Below, one piece after another: positions 1-13,744 of a stretch of 64,000 nt of DNA. Below the pieces are notes generated by a model that searched no databases, was not told the origin of the DNA, and saw only the letters and a program-made list of their open reading frames with translations. Positions within the stretch are counted from its first letter, which is position 1; each line of letters starts with the position of its first letter. Source of the stretch: Basidiobolus meristosporus CBS 931.73 (lineage: Eukaryota; Fungi; Basidiobolomycota); the NCBI GenBank assembly GCA_002104905.1, contig MCFE01000501.1:1-64000 (forward strand). The letters are read 5' to 3'. The position numbers and the translations under genes are program-made.

Positions 1-1450
1 ATGTATGGATACCACCAAAATCTGAAACGCTAAGTCTGAGGTGCTCAGTGCTTAACAATGGGCAACACAGTGACATTGCCAAGAGGAGTGACATTGTTAA
101 ACCTAGAGGACATTTACAGAAACAACCAAGGACCACCTACAAACAAGGAACTAGAAGAAGAACTCCCCAAACTATATGTGGACCCTGAACTACCGCCTGC
201 AATATGAGACAAGTACCCAGAAGGAATTCACCCACTTGCCCAAGTATTCACTAAGAACCAAGTAATTGGTCATATACCTGGGGTGTATCACCAAATCCAC
301 CTTGCCAACAAATACTGCATCAAGCAAAAAGCCTATAGGAACTTGAAAATTGACACAGGCTATATCAAAGAGATAATTGCAACTTTATTAAAAGACAACA
401 TCATTACAGAGAGCCAGTCTACATGGTCCTCCCCTGTAGTGATAATCCTAACAAAAGATGGAAATCAATGTTTTTGCATCAACTACTAAAAATGAGCACA
501 TTCACCTGGAAGGACATGTATCCACTACCGCAAATATACAACCTCTTATAGCTAAATACTTTAGCTCTCTTGACTTAGTCCCTGGGTATTGGCAAGTAGA
601 AGTAGCCCCAGCAGATTGACCCAAAACCACTTTTATAACATTGTTTGGATTATGGAAATGGAACCAACTACCCTTTGGCTTGTGCAATGCTCCTGTTACA
701 TTCCAAAGGATGATCAAAAAGGTGCTAGTAAATTTACAGTGGGAATGTGCTCTTGTGTATCTAGACAACATCACAATCTATTCCTCCAATGTAGAAGAAC
801 ATATACACAATGAGCAATGTATCCTGACAGCCCTCCTTGAGAACCAACTCAAACTTCATTCCAACAAGTGTCATTTCCTGTATACAAAATTATTGTTCCT
901 AGGCCACAAGATCTTGGCAGATGGGATATACCCATTTACTTCACTCCTGATAGCCATTCAAGATACACCCACACAAAAGAATATCAATGCAGTGTTGTGA
1001 TTTCTAGGATTAGCCAGCTACTATTGCTGCTTTGTCAATAACTTTGCAACAATAGCAGCCCCCCTGTACAAATTGACGCAAAAAGGCCAGTGTTTTGTTT
1101 GGTTGGAGCCCAAAAAGAGAGCATTTGATCTGCTGAAACATTCCTTGACATCAAAGCCAGTGTTATGTTTTCCTAATTGGGATGCAAGATTTTTTATAAC
1201 TGCAATGGAAGTCTCACTGGTATAGGTGCTGCATGGGACAATACCACCAACCCAGCAAATTCCACCCAATTGGTTATGTGAGCCATTTGCTAAACAAGCA
1301 CAAATGTCACTACCCTGTTACCAAGTTAGAATGTCTGGCTGTTGTCTATTCAATTAAACAATTCCATATGTACATACATGATTGCCAATTTACAATAGTA
1401 ATGAACTGCAGTGCTCTGGTCTGGCCAATGAAAACTATAGACTTTACCGG

Positions 1451-2254
1451 TGTGGTAGGGTAAACATACCTCCCACAGACAAGTTTATTCATATAGTCAT
1501 TATGATATACTTATCCATATTTTATCTTATCAGTATTATCCCATTCTTCTTTTGCCCATATTATCAGTATTAATCCCATATGATGTTTACCCTGATTAGT
1601 TATTAGCATTAGTTATCCCAGATGTTATTCAGCTTTGTGATCAGTAGATGTATCTATATAAGGCATGTATCCGCGTCAGTACCCGTGACACATGACCTAG
1701 GTCTGTGTTACCATCCCTACCATTTCAATACCATACATGGTATTTCTATGTTGCACAGGTTTCAGACTACTGATTCCTGATTGGTTGAGAGTGCTGTGCC
1801 TTTTAGAACCTTCCAGGACATTCTTGGCATATTTTTAGCTCATAGTGATGTCATCAAGAATTCCACTGATACCTAGAATCTTCTAGAACCTTGTCATTAG
1901 TAATCTCTTGGCAATCAGGAAAAGTATTTAAGGGAAAGCAATCCCTCATCAATAAATCATCCCTTCTATCAGTAACACTTCTCCCTTATTGATTAGCAGT
2001 TGATCACTGCACCTGCCTTCAACAGTACATCTCAGACCTGCCATCAAGGAGCTTTTCAAGGTAGTGCACAAGACACACAGAGGCCTTTGGAGACACTTGG
2101 AGCACCTAGGAAGCTAGAGAAGCAGGAGCTTTTACCATAGTGACATATTGACAAAGACACCAGCAGTTTAGACACAGAGGTTATCGCACCCATCAGACAC
2201 CTCACACACCTTGAGTTGTGTAGCTTCTCCCAGGAGTACCTCTACACCACCACA
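1451..2254 (+). repeat. Solo LTR (family A2, related to LTR-A) inserted in host gypsy RNaseH
   Basis: Starts TGTGG and ends CACCACCACA like LTR-A; has TATA and AATAAA. Flanks ccgg/ccag are a 4-bp TSD with one CpG>CpA change. Removing it restores the FTG-(R)LA(R)W frame. Confidence 0.8.
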
Positions 2255-2744
2255 CCAGTTGACTAGCACATTGGGCCCTCCAACTAGAAGAATAAAGCTT
2301 CAAATAATTCATTGCAATGGCAAGAAACAACAGGATGCTGACTTCCTCAGTTGCTATCCTGTTTGCCAAGTATGCATCAGCAATGACTACAAGGACATAA
2401 TCTGCTTTAAAAGAAGAGGGAAGTACCCCAAACACATTGTTACAAACAAGCAGAAGAGAGACTTTCAAAGAAAATGGTGTCAGTACAAAGCACAAGAAAA
2501 CCAATTATGGTTCCTCCAAGGACAGCTCAGAGCTGAGGTACCCTCAGCAACTGCCTTCAAAGAAATAATACAAGAAAGACATATGTCAGTAGGACACGCT
2601 AATCCCCTGATGACGTATAAGATGTTAAGAAAGACATTTTACTGAAGAAAAATAATGACTAACATCATGAATATGTTACACAGATGTTCCACCTGCAAAA
2701 GATCAACCAGAGATAGAAGATAGAGACAACCACACCAATACCGC

Positions 2745-3809
2745 TGTAGCGGGGTGACAGTGACACCCACTGACAGATGTGCTCATTCCCTTATTTTCTA
2801 CTTCCCTACATCTCTACTACACTTATTTTAGTTTTGTCCCATTTGTCTTACCCAATCAGTACTATCCCATAAGCCGGTTGACTATCACACCTGCTTACCT
2901 TATTGCATAAGTTACTCCTCACTTTGTGTAAGATTACTAGCTATAAGTGCTTCTATATAAGGCAAGTACCCACGCCAGTACCTGTGACACATGACCAACC
3001 TGTGTTACCATCATTTCCATACCATATATGGTATCCACATGTTACACAGGCTTCAGAATACTGATTCCTGATTGGTTGGATGTGCTGTGCCTCTTAGAAC
3101 CTTCCGGCACCTACTTAGAACATTCTTAGGTCATTCTGATGTCATTAAGATTTCTATTGATATCCAGAACCTTCTGGAACACCATGATTAGTAACCACTT
3201 AGCCAGTAAGAAAAGTATATAAGGGAGGCTATCCCTCAACAATAAATCATCATCCCTTTTATCAATATATCAACTTGTTGATTAGTGTGATCACTGCTAC
3301 CTGCTGCTACCTGAACTTCCAACCCCAGACCACATGACACTCCCAGGAAACCATGCTGACAGCCAACTGACCTTGGAGGCGCTACTTGTGAGGAATACTC
3401 AGAGTAGGTATCTTTTGTTATATTTGATTCTTTCCCAAGGTTGTTCTTGTACAGGCAAAGATACTTTTCTGTCTTTGTAACTATTGACCACAGCTACATT
3501 CTTATCAAGTCCCTGCTGGTGGAGTTTACAGTTGTTTTGACTTTGGAAGCTATAGTACATTGTCATCTCAAAGGATGCTGAACCCAGCACATACTTTTGT
3601 TAAGATGCCAACTAAGTTGGGGATTGTAGCTCAATAGTTTTCCCTTGACAAGCTTGTGGCTTTATTCCCCTTCACATTAGATTAGAGACAGAACCCAAGT
3701 ATTCCTAGCAGGCTTTTGCCAGAGGTTATTGCACCCAGTGAACACCCCACACACAAAACACTTGAGAAGTGTTGGATGTATCTCTCCCTTAGACTTATAC
3801 ACCACCACA
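2745..3809 (+). repeat. 5' LTR of gypsy family A element
   Basis: Direct repeat of 8832-9896; further copies at 22069-23137 and 17212-17908. Confidence 0.95.
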
Positions 3810-3813
3810 TATT

Positions 3814-3830
3814 TGGCACCCAACATGGGG
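3814..3830 (+). promoter_or_regulatory. Primer-binding site complementary to tRNA-Lys(CUU) 3' end
   Basis: TGGCACCCAACATGGGG, 4 nt after the LTR. It equals the known Lys1,2 PBS TGGCGCCCAACGTGGGG with both CpGs changed to CpA. Confidence 0.8.
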
Positions 3831-3949
3831 GGTTCATACAAGCTCCCTAGGACCCAACAAGATTTACCTGAAGATTTGAGCCGTTATCCACTTATTGAAA
3901 AGAGACTACCAATATTATCAAGACTACAACACCAACCTACCTGCCCAAA

Positions 3950-6900
3950 ATGAATTCAATGCCATTACCACTCTCACATGGAGCCCCACAGTTTGATGGA
4001 AAGAATGTGGAAAGCTTCATATTCAAATGGGAGAAGCTCTGCAAGATGTGCAGCCTAATTGAAAAAGAAATGGCTGAAGACTTCCCCTACTACTGCACCA
4101 ATGATATTACCACTAAGCTTCTCAGACAAGGAGACATTCTCACTGACTGGGCCTTAATGAAGACCTACCTACAGACCAAGTATGGTAGACCCCAGATATA
4201 CTATGGAATTGAAGACCTCAGACACTTTGGAAGAACTGGACTTTCCAAGCTACCACTTTCAACAATATGAAGATATGGCCAAGCTACTCCTAGAGTCCCA
4301 GGCTATAACTGAGTTTACCATGACACTTTACCTTGCACAAGGGCTTCCCCAGGACTTGGCAAGTAAAGTTGACTTACATGCAGCCAAGGATGACAAGTCT
4401 GGCACTCCTTGCTTTGCAGAGATGAAACATGTTCTCCTAGAGGCAAAGCAAACTTCTACCTTCATGAGACTCCTGACATCTAATCTGCCAGACCAGTCAA
4501 CCAAGGAGCCAAGGAGTGCTGCTGCTGACAATCAAACCTACACTTCCGACAGAATTGACCAACTTGCTGAATAGCTACAAAAGCTAGCCCTCAAGATTAA
4601 TGGCTCAGCTGAGGTTGCTACTGAGGGCCAAAGACCTTTGCCCAGGCACTGCATCTGGTGTTACTCTACTCAGCATGCCAGATGAGAATGCTCAGAGCTT
4701 AGTCAGCTACTCAGAGAAGGAGCAGTATAGTTTGATACTGATGGAATGCTTGCTGACAAGGAAGGAAGAAGAATTCCCACTAATTTCTGAAGAGGAGGGA
4801 TGAGAGCCCTTTTCCAGAAATCTGACTCAGCAACAAGAAAGATTACTGTTGATGCCCCTATTGGGACTCATAAAGTGAATCCAAGCAGCCCTGACAACAG
4901 ACAATACAAAGTGGATGCCTTTGCTGCCAAAAGACATCTCCCTGAAGAACCTGCCAAACCCATCCTTAGAAGACCATAATTTGAAGAGCCTGAAGTTGTT
5001 ATTGACAAGAGGCCTAGTATGCTGCCCACCCAAGATCCATTGCCTCACTTTCAGATGACTTCAAAGATAGCAAGCTACTCAAGCCCTCAACTGATCACTG
5101 AGAAGCTGCTGAAGCAGAACCTCACTTTGCTGGTTGGAGAAATCATGAGTGTATCCACATCTATTAGGAAGACCTTTGATGAGCAGCTCAGAACAAGACA
5201 ACAAGCTGTTGAACATATGGACACCCATATAATTCAGACAAACCATGAAGACCACCTAAAAGACAACAACACTACTGAATATAAGACCTTTTACTCAGTT
5301 GCAACTGCTGTGGTGAAAGGGTATATATATGATGACCCTGTTGACTGGCATATTGACAGTGGCTCAGAGATTTGTGCTATGCCACTAGACTTCTGGAAGA
5401 CACTTAGAAGCAAGGAGCTACTACCTGTTGATAGAGATATTGGATGGAACATGACTGATGCAAACTCAGGATCTAGTCCACTCTACAGTGTAGTGGACAA
5501 ATTCCCTATTGAGGTACAAGGAATCAAGGTCTGGCTTCCCCTCTTCATCTGCCAGAAGGCAAACTTTGACCTTCTGCTTGGTAGACCATGGGAAACCAGT
5601 ACTAAGCCTACAACCACCAACTATTGCAATGGGTTAGTATGGTACACCATACAAGGATCCAACCCAGGACTACAGTCAATCTTCTGTGGTGTAACACCCA
5701 ACAATAAGAGGACACATACTGCTTGCCAGAAGACACATCTTGCTATGGAAGAAGATGAGGAGCCTGGCAATATACACCCCAACATTTGGAGCTGCTCATT
5801 AGGTATACAGGAGCAGACAGCTATGGTTTGGACTAAATACAAGACAGTAGAACAGAAGATTAGACCATCACTTACCCCTTTGACTGATGGATCTTGACCT
5901 GCTGATTACATTAGACTACCAGAAGAAACACCAGAAAATATGCAACTTAGACCTGAGAGACTTAATCAACCTATCATTGGTGATGGAAACCTTACACCAG
6001 AGGAGATACTACTATTTGAAGAAACCTTGAAAAGGCATGATAAGGTTTTCTCATATGACAACAAGGAGATGTGGCTCTTAAAGACATTGGTTGAAAAACC
6101 CATCAAGATTCATACAGTGCCCCACACACCCTGGTCATTTAAGCCTTACCCACTGCCCAGAGGACTCCAAGCTGATGTGCATGACCTACTCAAGAAGAAG
6201 ATAGAAGCTGGTATCCTAGAACCTTGCCATGGACCCTATGCTAACAGATGGTTTGTGACCAAAAAGAAGAATGGAAAGCTCCAATTCATTCAAGACATGC
6301 AACCTGCAAATGCTGTCACTATCAGAGAAGCTGCTATACCTCCATCTATTGATGACTTTGCAGAAAGCTTTAGTGGTCACTCCATCTATTCAACAAACAA
6401 TCTCTACTCAGGATATGACCAGATCCCCCTTGATGAGACATCAAGAGATATGTTTGCACTACAGACACCATTTGGACTTTTAAGGATGACAAGACTCAGC
6501 CAAGGGGCTACAAACTCCGTGGCTCAGTTTCAGAGATGCATGGTGAGTGTGCTATACCAGTTTATACCTGAGAAACTTGCTGTCTTTGTTGATGACATAG
6601 GCATCAAAGGACCAAAAACCTGGGACACCATTGAAGTCATGCCTGGAGTAAGAAAGTTTGTCTATGATCATATTTCAGACAATGATCCCATATTAGGAGC
6701 CATAGAAGAAGCTGGACTCACCATCAGTGGTGAGAAAAGCAGCTTTGGTGTATCAGAGATATCCATTGTTGGACAAAAATGCAACACCTTTGGGTGTTCA
6801 CCTGGAGACTCCAAGACACAAAAGATATACAACTGGCCTACCCCCACAAATCTAACATAAGCTTGTGGCTTTGTGGCAGCTTGTGGGTTCTTTAGGATCT

Positions 6901-8792
6901 GGATCCCAAGATTTTCTGAGATAGCAGAACCAATCTACCAACTACAGAGAAAGAATACCCCATTTATCTGGGGAGAAGAGCAAGAAGAAGCCATGCAATT
7001 ACTGAAAGAGGCCTTAGTATCTCCACCAGTTCTAAGACCTCTTGACTATCAAAACATTGAATGCCCACCTATTTTGACAGTGGATGCAAGCCCTATAGGA
7101 GCTGGAGCACTACTTGGACAAGATGATGAAGATGGCAACTGCTATGCCTGCAGATATGAGAGCTGCCTATTCTCTCCTAGAGAGCAAAGGTACTCACAGA
7201 TTAAGAGAGAGCTACTGGGAGTTGTGAAGATGCTGAGGAAGCTGAAGTCACAACTCTACATGACACATTGTATCCTGGAGACAGATGCCAAGTCACTTTT
7301 AGGAATGATCAACAAGCCTGACCTACCTGATGATGCCACAAACCAATGGATGGCATGGCTGAAAATGTTTGACTTTGAGGTCAAACATATCCCTGGCAAG
7401 ACAAATGTTGTGGCTGATGCACTCTCCAGGAAGGGACCACAATTATTTGAAGACTTGGACCCTCACTTTGATGATATTATTGATGCAGAGATCCAACAGA
7501 TTGCCATCAAAGACCAAGAGAGAACTACCTGGAGTCTGATCAAGGAATATCTAAGGACACTTCAGAAACCTAGTTGGATGGAAATTCAGGAGTTTAGAAA
7601 ACTCAGGAAGAAGGCACACCACTACTATCTTAAAGATGATCTTCTCTTTAAGCAAGTGAAGCCTGGACTTATGCCAAGAAGAGTAGTCACTACCCCTCAA
7701 GAGCAACTAAACATCATGACAAGTATCCACCTAGGAGAACCAGGAGGACATAGAGGACAAGAAGCCCCCTACAATACCACAGCTCAGAGGTACTACTGGG
7801 AAAACATGTACCATGATATCCAACACTTTGTTGAGTCATGTGTAGCCTGCCAGAAGAGATCCTCCCAGCATTATGAAGAACCACTGCATCCTACTTACAC
7901 AATCTGTCTATGGCAAAAGGTTGGTATTGACCTTGTCCACATGCCAACAGCTGGATCAAAAAAGTACCTGATTGTTACTAGAAATGACCTTAGTGGATGG
8001 GCAGAGGCTCAAGCCTTGCCCAACAACAAGAGCCATACCATATGGTGATTTATACTTGAAGACATCATCTGCAGATTTGACTGCATCCAATAGTTTGTTG
8101 CTGTCCAAGGAGAGATGACTTCCCAAATGATCTAGGAGTTGTGCTCAAAGTACAAGATACACATTGCTTTTACAACAGCTTACCACCCTCAAGCCAATGG
8201 AATGATAGAGAGAGGACATGGACCATTGGTGAACTCTCTTGTCAAGGCCTGTGAGAATAACACAACACTGTGGCCACAACAATTACATCTTGCACTCTGG
8301 GCAGATAGAATTACTTCCAAGAGAACAACTGGATTATTGCCATTCAAACTACTCTATGGACATGACTGCAAACTACCAGTTGAGTTAAACACAGTCACTT
8401 GGAGCTCATTGAATTGGAGATCCAATATGCAGACTGAAGACCTCCTTGCAAGTTGCATACAGCAACATGATCACCATGACTTGAATATCAGCAGAGCTGC
8501 TGAACAACTTAAGGATACATGATTGAAGGACAAGGTGTCCTTTGACAAATCACACCCAACAAGACCAAAACCACTATCACTAGGAGACCCAGTATTACTC
8601 TATGATTCTACCTTGGACAAGCAATGGAGTTGGAAGCTTGACAACAAATGGACTGGTCCCTACCTCATTTCCAAAGTAATTGGAAATGGAAGTTATTACA
8701 TATCTGAGCTTGACAACACCCAGTTGAGAGCACCACTTGCTGGAAACCAACTTAAGTTATTCAAGCATAGGAATTTTGCACATCAAGATTAG
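3950..8792 (+). pseudogene. gag-pol of gypsy family A (protease, RT, RNaseH, integrase) with stops and frameshifts
   Basis: Protease IDSGSE (5019-5897), RT FVDD (5940-6860), RNaseH DAS...ETD (6873-8048), integrase zinc finger H-H-C-C and AYHPQANG (to 8792). In-frame stops at 5895, 6858, 8046 and 8520. Confidence 0.9.
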
Positions 8793-8817
8793 TTTGCTTT
8801 GACCCAAGTTCAAAGCT

Positions 8818-8831
8818 GAGAGGGGGGTGGA
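8818..8831 (+). promoter_or_regulatory. Polypurine tract
   Basis: GAGAGGGGGGTGGA immediately before the 3' LTR. Confidence 0.8.
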
Positions 8832-9896
8832 TGTCGTGGGGTGACAGTGACACCCACTGACAGATGTGCTCATTCCCTTATTTTCTACTTCCCTACATCT
8901 CTACTACACTTGATTTAGTTTTATCCCATTTGTCTTACCCAATCAGTACTATCCCATAAGCCGGTTGACTATCACACCTGCTTACCTTATTGCATAAGTT
9001 ACTCCTCACTTTGTGTAAGATTACTAGCTATAAGTGCTTCTATATAAGGCAAGTACCCACGCCAGTACCTGTGACACATGACCAACCTGTGTTACCATCA
9101 TTTCCATACCATATATGGTATCCACATGTTACACAGGCTTCAGAATACTGATTCCTGATTGGTTGGATGTGCTGTGCCTCTTAGAACCTTCCGGCACCTA
9201 CTTAGAACATTCTTAGGTCATTCTGATGTCATTAAGATTTCTATTGATATCCAGAACCTTCTGGAACACCATGATTAGTAACCACTTAGCCAGTAAGAAA
9301 AGTATATAAGGGAGGCTATCCCTCAACAATAAATCATCATCCCTTTTATCAATATATCAACTTGTTGATTAGTGTGATCACTGCTACCTGCTGCTACCTG
9401 AACTTCCAACCCCAGACCACATGACACTCCCAGGAAACCATGCTGACAGCCAACTGACCTTGGAGGCGCTACTTGTGAGGAATACTCAGAGTAGGTATCT
9501 TTTGTTATATTTGATTCTTTCCCAAGTTTGTTCTTGTACAGGCAAAGATACTTTTCTGTCTTTGTAACTATTGACCACAGCTGCATTCTTATCAAGTCCC
9601 TGCTGGTGGAGTTTACAGTTGTTTTGACTTTGGAAGCTTTAGTACATTGTCATCTCAAAGGATGCTGAGCCCAGCACATACTTTTGTTAAGATGCCAACT
9701 AAGTTGGGGATTGCAGCTCAATAGTTTTCCCTTGACAAGCTTGTGGCTTTATTCCCCTTCACATTAGATTAGAGACAGAACCCAAGTATTCCTAGCAGGC
9801 TTTTGCTAGAGGTTATTGCACCCAGTGAGCACCCCACACACAAAACACTTGAGAAGTGTTGGATGTATCTCTCCCTTGGACTTATACACCACCACA
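8832..9896 (+). repeat. 3' LTR of gypsy family A element
   Basis: Direct repeat of 2745-3809, followed by TSD CCGC. Confidence 0.95.
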
Positions 9897-12429
9897 CCGC
9901 TTGACCTACCCTTCCACCAGGTAGGGATTGACTTTGTTGGCCCCTTCACAAAATCAAGGAAAGGAGAAAAATACATAATAATTGCTACTGATTATTCCCC
10001 AAAGTGGATAGAAACCCCAGCCATTCAAAATAAATATCAGAAGACAACCGCACAATTTATTGTAGAACACATCATCTGTTGGCACAGATATCCTCAGATA
10101 CTCCTGTCCAGCAATGGTGGTTCCATCTTGAATGACATCATGGCCCATTTGTGCAAAATGATGGGCATGAAACAGGTCTTCATGGCTGCATATCACCCCC
10201 AGACCAATGGATTAACCAAGAGGATGAGCCAGATGTGTTGCCACATGCTAGAGAAGCTTCACTGGGAACTTCCCCAGTTGTGGGCTGAGCTTCTCCCACT
10301 GACACTTCTAGCAATTTGTACAATACCAAATAAAAAGAAAGGTTTCTCCCTGTACAAAGCTCTTTATGGACAAAGGCCCAAGTGGTGTGAAGAAGCTGGA
10401 ATGACAACAAAAGGTGTCCCCTTGACAACACATCACAACTATGTAGAAAGGCTGATACACCATATTGCCCACCTATACATAAAAGTTTTTGAAAATGTTG
10501 ACAAGCACATTCCCCCTTCACCCAAAAATGAGAAACTAATGGGACAAAAGTGGAAACCAGGCAATAATGTGTAGTACAACTAAACCATTCCAGGCCTCAA
10601 GTTTTACCCACAATTTACACCCTGATGGATTGGCCCTTGCACTGTTATTAGTTTGGACCACAGGCCAAAGTACACCATCACCCTGAACAATAAGACAATC
10701 AGCAATTTAGTGCCAGCCCATCTGAAACCAAAGTGTGGTTAAACAATTATCAGGACAAGGATAGAGGAAGACACGGGATACATATAAAGTTTATTAGAGG
10801 AAATTTTAGTTGATATAGGTACAAATGACATGCATGAGGAGGTTTGCCTAAAAGGGGGAATAAAAGAACACATATGGAAAGCACCAGAGGAAACAGTTCA
10901 CCTGAAACTGGTGATACCCCTCCCACCAGCAAGAACCAAGATGATATCAAACACAAGACCAACCTGCAAGTGTTGAGAGATATGGTATGAGCACTACGTG
11001 CAACAAGAGCCACCTATGAAGAGTTGTTTGCTGGAGCAATCTTGTTGATACAAGACACCATCAGAGAGGGACAAGACAAGTTATCCACACCAATACAAAG
11101 TATGGAGATACTAACCAAAAAGACCTTGTACCACCTGAGAGGAGGTTCCTTGATCATTAAGGAGAAGGACACTGCACTGGTTCCTGTATCCATACTGGAC
11201 ACAGTCAGACAGAAGACGCAAGGAATCAACTGTTGCACCCTCACAAGGCCTTAAGAGCCCCCCTGTTTTGTTGCATACTTGCCATTAATAGGTACCATGG
11301 TTGTTGAGGTATATGCAGACCTGGTTCAAGCCACAAGAGCACCAGAAGTAGAACTCCCATTTGAAGGACTCCTCCAAGAAATTTGCAAACATCTCAAAAG
11401 GCATTTCCAAGAAGGAACTATCCTATAAAAGATACACAAACAGACTAAATACACTGGCCAGTTAACCCATGCAATCCACTGAGCTGCTGTGTTACAACTA
11501 TTACAGTGGTTTACCATAGGACAGCGCAGGAACCAGTACAAGGTCCAACTCTAAGAAGCCAAAGAAGCCACCATGGACTCTGTAGAGACCATGAGGAAAG
11601 TGCAAAAGCGCCTCAATTGTGCCACAATTTCTACAGACAAGCCACAATACATCTTGGAAGAAGCAACAACTTGTTATTGACAATGGGTGACTGCCAGCCA
11701 AGTGTATACCCTCTTCAAAAGGTCCCCCAACATCATATTGAGCACAACAATGGCAAGCCCTAACAACAAATGCAAGATAAAGAAGCAAGACATTATTGCA
11801 TTATTGCATCTCTTCTAGTTCTCCAACCCTCCTGGGGAACCTGCCCAGAACCCTATGGTATGCCAACTGTTTGGCTTTGTGAAAAACATCCCTTGAGCAA
11901 CACAAGCCACACCCCACTCTGCTGTCAAATGGTATCAGGTACTTGCCTGCAACCCCCTCACAAGTGACAATCAGAAATGGTACTATGGTGACTCCCCATG
12001 CTCTGTAAACAAAATCAACCCTGGAGAAGTAAGTTAGTCAAAGAACTTTGAGGACAAAGCTCCCTCTTAACCCCTGGGATATGTGAGTACTAAATGTGTT
12101 ACCCACACTTTGCCCAGGAGTTCTCCCCAGAGTCATACCTGAAGTCCCCCAGTACTGTGCCTATGATTCCCCTATGCATCCTCCCTCCTATTCCTGCCCT
12201 CATCTAGTTAGAACATCTACAATAATAGGAAGATGTTCACACCCCTATCTTATAGCACATTGTCTATGATCTCAGCCCCCCCAAGTGATATATATATATA
12301 TATATCCAATTGAACAAAGTGAGGGAACAAGAAGATTTGGACAGAATAAACACAGGTCTTTATTACCTTGCTACCTTCTATTGGAAGCTATTCTGAACCA
12401 AGTGGTATTGGCTTGACCTACAAGCTCTC

Positions 12430-13152
12430 CCACTCACCAAGTACAGTCAGTAATAACCCACAGTGGGTACACCCACATATTCCATCTCATCTACCAGCAG
12501 GGTAACTCTGTTAATTCAATTTTTGATTCTATTGCTGGCTGCATTTTTGTAGTAAAGAACTTTGTCTCAGATACATTTTCTTAGCACATGTACATGACTG
12601 GTAGGTGTCTTCTAGTGCCTTTCAGGCATTCTTTTCTGTTTTTGCTCTTGAGCATTGAATTAGCAATTTGTCTTTGACATTGAGGCAAATGCGGTTAAAG
12701 GCACTTTGTTCTCTCTTCTGGTACTTCAAGGCTTCCTCTCCCATGTGCTTATTAGGGTATTTTTCTCCCATGACAATATCCCAAAGGCTTTTTTCTTGTA
12801 GCAGCATCTTCATCATCACCTTCCACACAGGGTAGTTAAAACCAACCAACTTTTTGACAGTGAGGAAAATTCCATTAATAGCAGTAGTATGCATTGCAGA
12901 GAGTGACAGCTTGAGACTCATAACTTGTTGTAAGAGTCCTGGAGATATTGAAAGTAACTGGGAGAACCAATAGATTATGTGGTTTTCACTTAATGATCTA
13001 TTGAGTGTAAAAGTAGTGTTTATACTTTTACATGGTCTTGACATAACAATCACATTGAATATATTCAGAAAGGTCTCAAGAACATGTGTGCAAAGTTTGG
13101 GTCTGCTTGGATAACTTAGAGAATTTTATGTTCTGGGTGCCTGGTATTTTGG
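12430..13152 (-). mobile_element. Ty1/copia 5' fragment: partial LTR, PBS and gag N-terminus
   Basis: KLVGFNYPVWKVMMKMLLQEKSLWDIV is the copia gag N-terminal motif. The LTR ends TTACAACA at 12926 and is followed by AGTTATGAGTC (decayed GGTTATGAGCC PBS). Same LTR family as 24809-25156 and 58103-58451. Confidence 0.8.
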
Positions 13153-13169
13153 TAAGCCAGAATATCCAA

Positions 13170-13744
13170 TGAAGGAATCTGGCACATTGAGACATATGGG
13201 ATCAAAGGCTTTTCTCTCCTTCTTTGGAAACTTTTCAACTTTTTCTGCTGCTCCTATGGGCTCAACTTTCTTTCCTTTTACTATATTCTAAGGCTTTCTT
13301 TCCTGAAGGTGGATCTGCATTTTGAATCTCAAAGGTCTGTAGTTTTTACCATCAAGCCTCTCCTTTACAGGGAAAATGCTTGTGTTCTTCTGCTTACTAG
13401 TAGAAGTCATCTTTAGAATAGACTAAGCACTTGGGGCACATAACCTGTTACAATTTAAGAAGTTTTTGCATCTGGCAACATAATAAGAAATACTGTTAAT
13501 AGTTAAGCTATTGTCAATTCATAAAGAAGCTCAGTATTTATACCTTTGTAGAAGTAATATCTCTGTAACACTAAGTTAGAAGAGTTTTGCAACATTGAGG
13601 AGCACTCTGCAACAGTTTCATGGTGTATATATGTTGGTACATCTAAATTAATGCCTAATTCTTTGGATAGTTTTGTGAATTTAAAGCCTTCTTAGGTGCT
13701 TGACAAGCAGCCATATATTCAGCTTCAGTTGTATAGAGGGCCAC
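13170..13744 (-). mobile_element. Second copia 5' fragment (different family): LTR end, PBS, gag start
   Basis: Minus strand ...TAACA|GGTTATGTGCCCC PBS near 13436-13448, then MTSTSKQKNTSIFPVKERLDGKNYR...ICLNVPDS. The distal LTR boundary is approximate. Confidence 0.6.

Larger units (their letters stand above)
2745..9896 (+). mobile_element. Full-length Ty3/gypsy LTR retrotransposon (family A), inactivated
   Basis: Two 1065-bp LTRs (TG...CA, about a dozen differences by eye), 4-bp TSD CCGC (2741-2744 and 9897-9900), PBS, PPT, and gag-PR-RT-RH-INT order. Confidence 0.95.
1..10740 (+). mobile_element. Degenerate Ty3/gypsy host element (RT-RNaseH-integrase), split by two later LTR insertions
   Basis: RT fragments WSSPVV (283-489) and PFGLCNAPVTFQRM...VYLDN (641-1000); RNaseH YPVTKLECLAVV (1233-1450). 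The frame resumes after the insertions at 2255 (decayed RLARW) and 9897 (LDLPFHQVGIDFVGP, integrase core AYHPQTNG). Many stops. Confidence 0.85.

Noticed and set aside
3620-3640. GGGGATTGTAGCTCAATAG resembling a tRNA-Ala 5' end in LTR-A
   Set aside because: No B box or cloverleaf downstream; treated as part of the shared leader module.
9323-9595. Repeated 90-aa minus-strand ORF (also at 17387-17785 and 22564-22842)
   Set aside because: It lies wholly inside LTR-A copies, so recurrence reflects the repeat; no domain recognised.
12081-12422. Possible 3' LTR of the host gypsy, including (TA)n at 12288-12305
   Set aside because: No second copy in the window and no convincing PPT or TSD.
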